DNA of 64,000 nucleotides. Source: Phyllobates terribilis. Lineage: Eukaryota. Position numbers and translations under genes: made by a program. The stretch is taken from contig NW_027362768.1 in assembly GCF_046119375.1 (NCBI RefSeq), positions 289,664,001-289,728,000 of the forward strand, written 5' to 3'. The notes beneath the pieces were generated by a model. That model was not told the origin of the DNA and searched no databases. It saw only the letters and a program-made list of their open reading frames with translations. This document shows, one piece after another, positions 60,701 to 64,000 of the stretch; the first letter of the stretch is position 1, and each line of letters begins with the position of its first letter.

Positions 60701-63570
60701 GAATAGTGATGTTATGAGGTAGATGTTGCTGGTGCTGTGTAGTGCAGGGCTGGTGATGGCGCAGCAATAATTCTAGGACACAGTGGGGTGCAGTCTTTAA
60801 GGTTTTACTCACAGTTGTTCAAGACTCCAGGTTACCAGCGCCAGTGTGTAACCTCCCACGTCGTCCTGCGTTCACCAAGGAAGGGGTTCAGCAATCTCTC
60901 AGGTGTTTCAGTAGTACTTACACGGGACCCCGTTCTATGTGCCTTCTTTGGTCGTCTTCCTGCGCTGGCTCTCACCCTCCTGCCCTGCGCATCACAATCA
61001 GTGTCCCAAGTCATTAGCCTCGCATCTTGTCAGGCGATGTGCAGTCCCCTGGACTCTATGCGGCTACCTTTTCGGCGATGTAATTGTGGTTTCTAGCCGC
61101 TGCACCTTGAAAGTACAGTAGCCTCCGGCTATCTAGCTGAGCCTTGTAGTTCTCCACTAGTTAGGGGCCAGTCCCCTCTGCGGCCTGATCCCTCCACGTC
61201 CATGTAGATTCGGGCGCACTGGTGGCTTCCTGCACTTCCCGTGCCCCTGGGATCCCCTCTGTTCCTCTTGAAGCCTTCCTTCTGCTCCCATCCTCTCTCA
61301 GTCTGTTCTCCTGGGCCTCTCAGTCTAGGCCCGCTCCTTCCTCCTCTCCTCCTGAGCAGAGCTCCTACAGAGCTCCCGCTTCCAACTCTCTCTCTCTTCT
61401 GACTCTCTCCTCAGACTGATCTGTCTCCTACAAGATGGTTCCCTTCTTATACTCCTTCTGAAGGTGCTCCCCTGAACTACTTCCTCCACCCACACCAACT
61501 AAATGGTTCCCCCTCTCTTGGTTCCCCCCTTCCAACCAGGGGGCAGGGCTCAGCATTGTACACATGCATCTTGCCCCGCCTGCTGGTCTGGAGGAGTGTA
61601 GTGTTGGATGCAGGTGTGTGGGTCCCGGGCAGTACTCCATCCTTACCTGAGAGTGAGATACCACACCTCTGGGTGAGATGCAGTACCTCTGTGGTGACTG
61701 AACCCGCAGGGGCGCCACATCAGCATGTCCCACTATGATTGGTGGGTTCAGCCAACTTTAATGTGTATCAGGGCCTTAATGGGTTTCTAAGTGCATAAAT
61801 TATTATTAGATGTCTAATGTTTGTAAGAATTAATACCTTTGTTTGAAATAAACATTAAAAAAGAGGTTTAAGTGAAAGAAAGAAGATCTGTGATTCTGAC
61901 ATTTCAGAGATCTCAGCCTTGAGTCAGCAAGGCAATTTCTGAAAAATTCTGGCGTAAATTGGTTCAAAAAGTCGCAACATTTTTGTGCAACTTTGAGCTT
62001 TGGCGTACTTTACACCAGAAATCTTACTTCAGTCAGTAACTGGAGTAAGATTTGTGACAAGGCATACAGAGACCCATGCCACTTTTCAGATGCACCTAAT
62101 TCATTAAGAGGCATACGCCTCTTAATGAATCAAGAGCATCTCGCTCCATCACACCTCATCATCAAGACCGGCTGAACATTGCTGGTCTTGATGAATTGAG
62201 GCCCTCATATTTAGGTATGTGGCTAAATTGGATATGGATACCTTTCAAGCACACATTGGTCTGATTTGTAGAAAAACAACAAGAAATTGATATTTTTGGT
62301 GTGAAACTAAGGAACTTATGCCTATGACAATGTACTCCGCCACCACAGTTCTATATTATAGATCTGTAGATGCTCTGGAACATTATTATTAAGCTAAATG
62401 TACTACAATTCTGGCATAATCTGAGCCAAAAAAAATGTCTTTTATGACTTGTACAATATTTATGATGTGTTTTAGACAGTTTTTACCACTTGTCTGAACA
62501 GGGGCAAAAAGGCTTGGCCGGAAAAGGGGTTAGCTTATTCTGTTATATAATGGCCCCGATTCATCAAGACTGGCGATTTTCTCACCAGTCTTGATCAGGG
62601 GGCGAGTTGGAGTCAGACGCTCCTGATTCATTAAGAGGCACAAGTCTCTGAATCAGGAGCATCTAATGAGTGGTGGAAACTTTTTTGCGATTTTTCAAAA
62701 CGATTTACTCCAGAATTCTGTTGAGAAATATTTTGATGAATTGGGGCCAATGTACCAAAATTGTGGTAAGTTAATTAATAAGTGGTGACTAGTGATGAGC
62801 AAGCGTGCTCATTTAACCCTTTCACCGAGCAAGCTCAGATGCTTTCCGAGTATCTTCAGCATGCTCGTATATTATATTTAAGTCCCTGCGTCAGCATGAT
62901 TTATGGCTGTTAGGGAATCCTCGCATGTGTTGAAGCTGTCTAACAAACAAGCAATCCCTGAATGTGTTCAGGATGTCTTACACCAGATGCAAGATGCAAG
63001 TACTCGAACATAATAAACGAGCACGCCGAAGATACTCGGAAAGCACCCGAGCATGCTCGGTGAAAGGGTTAAACGAGCACGCTCGCTCATCACTAGTGGT
63101 GAACCATTAGATTAGACAGTCTAGAATTAGACAGTGTTGATAACTCTGCTCATCTGTGTGCTGCTATTTTGCCGTTCTTCGAAACAATACAATACAAATC
63201 TCTGTGTGCCCCTTTTAAAATTAGTGGTACGGTATAGGATGTAGGATCCATATAACACAGATCTGTAATATGACTTTGTGCATGAGCGCCAGTGAGAGGT
63301 CTTTCTTTTTCTCCCTTTATAATTATGTAACTATTTTGTAAATTTATTTATTCATATCTTGATGCCTAATCCAGAAACGAGTTCCCTGGCATTGACCTGG
63401 CTCTGAATATGAAGGACCCAGACGGTGACCTGATTCGCCTTATGGACAACAGTGACATGGAACTTCTTGTTACAAAGGGAAAGAGAAAAGCACAACTAAA
63501 GAACTTCTTCCCCTGGGAATTACATATCACACGCATGGATGACCTGGACGTTTACAGAAAAATGGAATGA
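3590..63570 (+). CDS. ncf4: ncf4 / p40phox, spliced CDS of 10 coding exons (1011 nt, 336 aa, PX-SH3-PB1)
   Basis: Joined exons 3590-3621, 8053-8137, 11659-11812, 12070-12140, 19071-19198, 20815-20863, 25778-25876, 57740-57870, 57957-58022 and 63375-63570 give one open frame, [17 protein letters not shown]...[20 protein letters not shown]. All introns are GT-AG. The sequence is collinear with vertebrate p40phox, recognised from knowledge of the human protein. Confidence 0.97.
5104..6374 (-). mobile_element. Solo LTR (Gypsy-type family A), 4-bp TSD CTAC
   Basis: TG...CA termini (tgtgacgc...ggggcgccaca), ctac at 5100-5103 and 6375-6378, AGTAAA on the minus strand. Homologous ends are shared with four other copies in the window. 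Confidence 0.85.
8053..8137 (+). CDS. ncf4: ncf4 exon 2 (PX start, [28 protein letters not shown])
   Basis: ctag| acceptor, |gtaag donor, 85 nt, strong p40phox similarity. Confidence 0.96.
8255..8613. mobile_element. T2/Kolobok-type MITE with TTAA TSD
   Basis: ttaa|agaggctgtcca ... tggactacccct|ttaa, with internal inverted repeats. Confidence 0.7.
9529..9803. mobile_element. hAT-type MITE (TAGTGATGAGCGAG TIR)
   Basis: tagtgatgagcgagcgtgc ... gcacgctcgctcatcacta, largely palindromic body, TSD imperfect. Confidence 0.8.
10008..10276. mobile_element. Short piggyBac-like non-autonomous element
   Basis: ttaa|ctccttc ... aagggt|ttaa, with termini resembling the 14116 element. Confidence 0.5.
11143..11615. 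mobile_element. Probable degenerate LTR remnant
   Basis: tgtgaca...gtcaca-like ends and LTR-like composition. No TSD found. Confidence 0.3.
11659..11812 (+). CDS. ncf4: ncf4 exon 3 ([25 protein letters not shown]...TLPPLP)
   Basis: ttgcag| acceptor, |gtaagt donor, 154 nt, PX RRY motif and proline-rich loop. Confidence 0.97.
12070..12140 (+). CDS. ncf4: ncf4 exon 4 ([26 protein letters not shown])
   Basis: ttgcag| acceptor, |gtatag donor, 71 nt. K92- and R105-equivalent residues are present. Confidence 0.97.
12311..13471 (+). mobile_element. Solo LTR (family A), sense to ncf4, 5-bp TSD GTGGC
   Basis: tgtggcgccc...gagtca termini, gtggc at 12306-12310 and 13472-13476, TATAAAA at 12583 and AGTAAA at ~13112. 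Confidence 0.85.
14116..15361. mobile_element. Non-autonomous piggyBac-like element
   Basis: 17-bp TIRs ctccttcaccaccttgg / ccaaggtggtaaagggg flanked by decayed TTAA sites (tgaa, ttca). No transposase ORF. Confidence 0.8.
15997..16205 (+). mobile_element. tRNA-derived V-SINE (5' truncated)
   Basis: B-box-like ggattctaatccc, then the V-domain-like ggagtttgtatgttctccccgtgtttctgtgggtttcctccggg...tcctcccacac, then an A-rich tail. Confidence 0.8.
16814..17305 (+). mobile_element. LTR 3' remnant (5' boundary uncertain)
   Basis: AATAAA-containing R/U5-like segment ending ...gacccccgtgtcttcaca (CA end). Confidence 0.4.
17315..18325. mobile_element. Palindromic MITE-like element with internal duplication
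   Basis: Subterminal inverted repeats (gtgttaccagagatttttctctggggc / gccccagagaagaatttctggtaacac) and a duplicated internal block at ~17530 and ~17830. Confidence 0.6.
19071..19198 (+). CDS. ncf4: ncf4 exon 5 ([21 protein letters not shown]...RRLRPQTRR)
   Basis: ctatag| acceptor, |gtaagt donor, 128 nt. The T154-equivalent phosphosite context RRLRPQT is retained. Confidence 0.97.
20815..20863 (+). CDS. ncf4: ncf4 exon 6 (linker, [16 protein letters not shown])
   Basis: Polypyrimidine tract then ctgacag|, |gtaata donor. 49 nt keeps the frame between exons 5 and 7 and ends PRAE like human MAAPRAE. It is 9 nt shorter than the human exon. Confidence 0.88.
21015..21466. mobile_element. T2/Kolobok-type MITE (TTAA TSD), sibling of 58831..59285
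   Basis: ttaa|aaggaatctgttacc ... gtgatagattccct|ttaa, with an internal palindrome. Confidence 0.75.
21660..22510 (-). mobile_element. Possible ERV/LTR-like solo LTR
   Basis: On the minus strand CTATAAATAC (~21920) precedes ATTAAA (~21805) and a ...CGACA end at 21660. The other boundary and the TSD are unresolved. Confidence 0.4.
22855..23450. repeat. 31-bp minisatellite (atagcctcctatatacagtatgagcccccac), ~19 units, inside a hAT/Charlie-like remnant starting at 22675
   Basis: Period of 31 (atagccc at 22878 and 22909). A CAGGGGTTGGCAA hAT-like terminus lies at 22675. Confidence 0.9.
24677..24740. repeat. (ATCT)16 microsatellite
   Basis: Perfect tetranucleotide array. Confidence 0.98.
25118..25660. 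mobile_element. T2-type MITE, near-complete palindrome
   Basis: ttaa|aggggttttccc ... gggaaaacccct|ttat, with long inverted arms of ~200 bp each. Confidence 0.85.
25778..25876 (+). CDS. ncf4: ncf4 exon 7 (SH3 N-half, [33 protein letters not shown])
   Basis: cttag| acceptor, |gtaaaa donor, 99 nt, SH3 ALFDF...WLE motifs. Confidence 0.97.
26670..26950. repeat. 35-bp tandem repeat (caggtgggcactggcaagcacggctggtatgcaga), ~7-8 units
   Basis: Direct reading. ORFs across it repeat every 35 aa, which equals 3 units. Confidence 0.92.
27052..27185. repeat. 36-bp tandem repeat (gaaaccgcaggtgcggtggacaaggctgagcagagc), ~3.7 units
   Basis: Direct reading. It gives the 12-aa [12 protein letters not shown] repeat in the ORF track. 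Confidence 0.92.
28924..31340 (+). pseudogene. hAT transposase pseudogene (copy 1)
   Basis: Intact ATG (MSKARG), then a ~760-bp deletion removing the BED finger with a frameshift, TGA at 30014-30016, a ~100-bp internal deletion, and TAG at 31232-31234 replacing the catalytic E of SERVFS. TTDTW, CDN, TRWNS and the dimerisation motif remain recognisable. Confidence 0.92.
31640..32600. repeat. ~130-bp tandem repeat in the hAT 3' region (A/B alternation); counterpart at ~49930-50650
   Basis: The [c/g/a]taatgg anchor recurs at 31951, 32081, 32211, 32341 and 32471. Confidence 0.85.
33520..33650 (-). mobile_element. V-SINE 5' fragment inside hAT copy 1 (same fragment at ~51555-51685 in copy 2)
   Basis: The reverse complement gives a tRNA-like head (ggcagcacattgg...gggttcaaatccc) followed by the V-domain start. 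Confidence 0.8.
34925..35250. mobile_element. Tc1 terminal fragment
   Basis: ta|ctgtgcaaatgtttttgggcaggtgtgaaaaatg Tc1-like TIR followed by typical subterminal sequence. Confidence 0.6.
36136..36210. repeat. Imperfect (TG)n/(TGAG) microsatellite
   Basis: Direct reading. Confidence 0.9.
36319..38374. repeat. 31-bp minisatellite (gctgtgtatagatggctacgtgcggcctccc), ~66 units
   Basis: Period of 31, head-to-tail with no spacers. Variant units are ggcgcc versus ggctac and occasional gtctctggggggg. Confidence 0.97.
38405..39607. mobile_element. PIF/Harbinger-type MITE, TAA TSD (related partial copy at ~20254-20490)
   Basis: taa|ggctatgtgccc ... gggcacacagcc|taa. Confidence 0.8.
38757..39069. mobile_element. 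hAT-type MITE with perfect 8-bp TSD ATAATTAC
   Basis: tagtgttgagcgag ... ctcgctcaacacta, almost perfectly palindromic, with ataattac on both sides. Confidence 0.92.
40038..41050 (+). pseudogene. Retrotransposon gag: Gln-rich N-terminus, capsid/SCAN-like domain, CCHC knuckle
   Basis: [10 protein letters not shown] plus a Q-rich tract, DDIEAFL..LER...W...[23 protein letters not shown]...[23 protein letters not shown] (SCAN-like), [14 protein letters not shown]. Contains stops and frameshifts. Confidence 0.85.
41150..44094 (+). pseudogene. Retrotransposon pol remnant in the order PR - INT(Zn-binding) - RT - RNase H C-terminus
   Basis: LLNSGS (protease), [18 protein letters not shown]...CKSCPTCQ (INT HHCC), [22 protein letters not shown] (RT), [12 protein letters not shown] (RH end) directly before the PPT. 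The INT core and most of RH are deleted. Confidence 0.9.
41766..42953 (-). mobile_element. Solo LTR (family A) inserted in Gmr1 pol, 4-bp TSD CCAG
   Basis: ccag at 41762-41765 and 42954-42957. Removing the LTR and one TSD restores the frame [14 protein letters not shown]. Confidence 0.88.
44329..44525 (+). other. ~200-bp insertion in the Gmr1 3' LTR; Penelope/retrozyme pseudo-LTR-like fragment with a half hammerhead
   Basis: Absent from the 5' LTR. It starts cgaaacgcgttgctctgg and contains AATAAA at 44394. Confidence 0.5.
44810..45251 (-). mobile_element. Truncated family-A LTR abutting the left end of hAT copy 2
   Basis: Ends ...ccctcaggggcgccaca as in the other family-A copies. The other end is lost. 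Confidence 0.8.
45943..46270. repeat. 151-bp tandem amplification upstream of the hAT copy-2 transposase
   Basis: The anchor cag[c/g]tatt..aaaact recurs at 45943, 46094 and 46245. It is single in copy 1 (~28821). Confidence 0.85.
46925..49663 (+). CDS. hAT (Ac/ZBED-like) transposase, 912-codon open frame (first ATG 46979, 894 aa); ancestral N-terminus disrupted
   Basis: BED finger (W...C..C...HMAAKH), [30 protein letters not shown] and a C-terminal dimerisation domain. The same frame upstream from 46349 has ATG changed to ATA and stops at 46685 and 46904. Confidence 0.9.
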   Translation: MEDEVVDDIVTDPIWQEDMQSEDSSTQGEGGRAPQQGGRSSVVAADRRQATVPRNTNMKEVASTTVRCSRVWLCFKDSADNPKKAICTTCQASISRGGKTTSLTTTSMIRHMAAKHPTLWAEPQGPGTVSAGGTIASSAVVHASQSPVHGACEDASCPAPVVAHSQVAASGSTSMSLSQRSFQLSIPQSLERKRKYAANAPQATLLNSHISRLLVLEMLPFRLVETEAFRNLMAAAVPRYSVPSRHYFSQCAVPALHKHVSQNISGALNNAVTGKVHLTTDTWTSACGQGRYVSLTAHWVNIVEAGTQSDLGTEHVLLTPRIAGPRSIRVAPMVYSSCTSSSSASSSSSASISEMTTSVTSWKHCSTASAKRQQAVLKLICLGEKPHNAEELWTALKEQADRWLTPLNLQPGMVVCDNGWNLVAALRRGELTHVPCLAHVLNLVVQQFLKSFLELPDLLVKVRRLCAHFRKSATASTALAVFQQGLQLPAHRLVCDVPTRWNSTLQMLGRICEQKRAVVEYQHQPCRRYSVQTPHIRPQEWTWMSDICTILQNFEDSTKMVSGDDAIISVTIPLLCFLKHSLLTIKEDALQAEHDELEQGTIQGDYTQPSLISSQRGLGDNEEEEEEEGQELVSCTIVGTTCTAVIPSVQRGWPEDREEEEESMVSHPLGEDTEVLPVSSLARMAEFMLRCLSHDPRVLKILGDSHYWLVTLLDPRYKENFISLIPEADRSTKMGQYQKAFVAELLKFPSENAGGRGHTSLDNQGVQARETQLQSSRGRGTLSKFWESFFRPSHRTGPEARGTLTRSAKFGKMLRENLADHTNVIRDSSVPYNCWASKLDTWNELALYALEVLACPATSVLSERVFSATGGIITDKCIHLSTENADRQTLIKMNKGWIGPDFSTPPNDSSVT
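52036..52231 (+). mobile_element. Tc1 3' terminal fragment
   Basis: Ends gtgtccaaacttttggtctgtactg|ta (Tc1 TIR plus TA). Confidence 0.8.
52492..52880. mobile_element. T2-type palindromic MITE
   Basis: ttaa|agggaacctctcatgtgaaaaaacgctattaacc ... ggttaatagcgtttttttcacatgacaagttacc. Confidence 0.75.
53320..54530 (-). mobile_element. Penelope-like retroelement remnant (RT C-half plus GIY-YIG endonuclease)
   Basis: Minus-strand translation gives [25 protein letters not shown]...[21 protein letters not shown] (GIY-YIG) and [22 protein letters not shown] (PLE C-terminus). Many frameshifts. Confidence 0.85.
56542..57609. mobile_element. Possible LTR-like remnant just upstream of exon 8
   Basis: tgtaacg...ccttaca termini and LTR-like composition. 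No TSD found. Confidence 0.3.
57740..57870 (+). CDS. ncf4: ncf4 exon 8 (SH3 C-half and PB1 start, [20 protein letters not shown]...WLRCYFHD)
   Basis: atcag| acceptor, |gtattt donor, 131 nt. GIFPLSFV is identical to human. Confidence 0.96.
57957..58022 (+). CDS. ncf4: ncf4 exon 9 ([21 protein letters not shown])
   Basis: ttttag| acceptor, |gtagac donor, 66 nt, follows an 86-nt intron. Confidence 0.93.
58831..59285. mobile_element. T2/Kolobok-type MITE, sibling of 21015..21466
   Basis: Collinear with the 21015 copy (caggtttttgtcacctaatctga..., actgattggcagcttt, cagccaatcagtgg). Confidence 0.78.
60430..61719 (-). mobile_element. Solo LTR (family A), 4-bp TSD TCAG
   Basis: tcag at 60426-60429 and 61720-61723. 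The ends are homologous to the other family-A copies. Confidence 0.85.
62552..62748. mobile_element. Short palindromic MITE (Harbinger-like), 3-bp TSD AAT
   Basis: ggccccgattcatcaa ... ttgatgaattggggcc. A related decayed copy lies at ~61940-62205. Confidence 0.6.
62790..63095. mobile_element. hAT-type MITE with 8-bp TSD (gtggtgac/gtggtgaa)
   Basis: tagtgatgagc ... gctcgctcatcacta, palindromic body, TSD matches 7 of 8. Confidence 0.9.
63375..63570 (+). CDS. ncf4: ncf4 exon 10 coding part (PB1/OPCA motif to stop)
   Basis: ccag| acceptor, [20 protein letters not shown]-like motif, [11 protein letters not shown] at 63568-63570. Confidence 0.96.
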
Positions 63571-64000
63571 GAGGGAAATCAGAGCCTGGAGATGTCAGGA
63601 TCACGAGAGGGTCAAAAATAATTCTACTCAAATTTAGTCCAGAGACATCTTGTAACAGAAAATTACATTGAGGTTGAAAAGTCAATCAATGAAAAAACTA
63701 CTTATCATCTAATCCAAAGAATTCAGATTATTTATTCACTGCTCATCCTGGGTTTAGGAGTCCAGTAGGAGGTCAGTGATTGACTGTCAATCACTGAGTA
63801 GGACCACCCACTGGACTCCTGACTATAGAAAAAGAACAGATTTAAATGAAAAAAATTGCTAAATATACTGAATCCTTTCCTTCCAAAATTATATATCAAT
63901 CTGCTGAGCTCCTCCTGTTCTATACCATGGTCGCCATATATAGGACCACATGTACAATTTGATAGGTTCCCTATAAAACAAAAAGCTGATCCAAAACTCC

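Noticed and set aside
63571-64000. ncf4 polyadenylation signal
   Set aside because: No AATAAA or ATTAAA is seen after the stop codon, so the 3' end probably lies beyond the window or uses a variant signal.

Overview
Vertebrate genomic DNA, most likely a frog with a large, repeat-rich genome (inferred from the repeat landscape, not proven). The only host gene is a complete + strand ncf4 (p40phox, NADPH oxidase adaptor, PX-SH3-PB1). I reconstructed it by hand as 10 coding exons (3590..63570, all GT-AG, 1011 nt, 336 aa), with exon phases matching human NCF4 as I recall it. The ORF track misses these exons because they are short. Nearly everything else is transposon-derived, concentrated in a 31.9-kb intron 7 that splits the SH3 domain. 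That intron holds two related large hAT elements (one with a 912-codon BED/DDE/dimerisation ORF) and a Gmr1-like Gypsy element (SCAN-like, Gln-rich gag; integrase before RT) carrying multi-level nested insertions. It also holds a Penelope-like element, solo LTRs with target-site duplications, and a ~2-kb 31-bp minisatellite. Tc1 relics, piggyBac/T2/Harbinger/hAT MITEs, V-SINEs and hammerhead-like fragments are scattered across the window. There are no prokaryotic features and no CRISPR. I found no clearly new biological system. The best leads are the hAT element carrying antisense scraps of its own transposase with a cognate MITE family, the related 31-bp arrays inside hAT-like elements, and the Gmr1/SCAN element.
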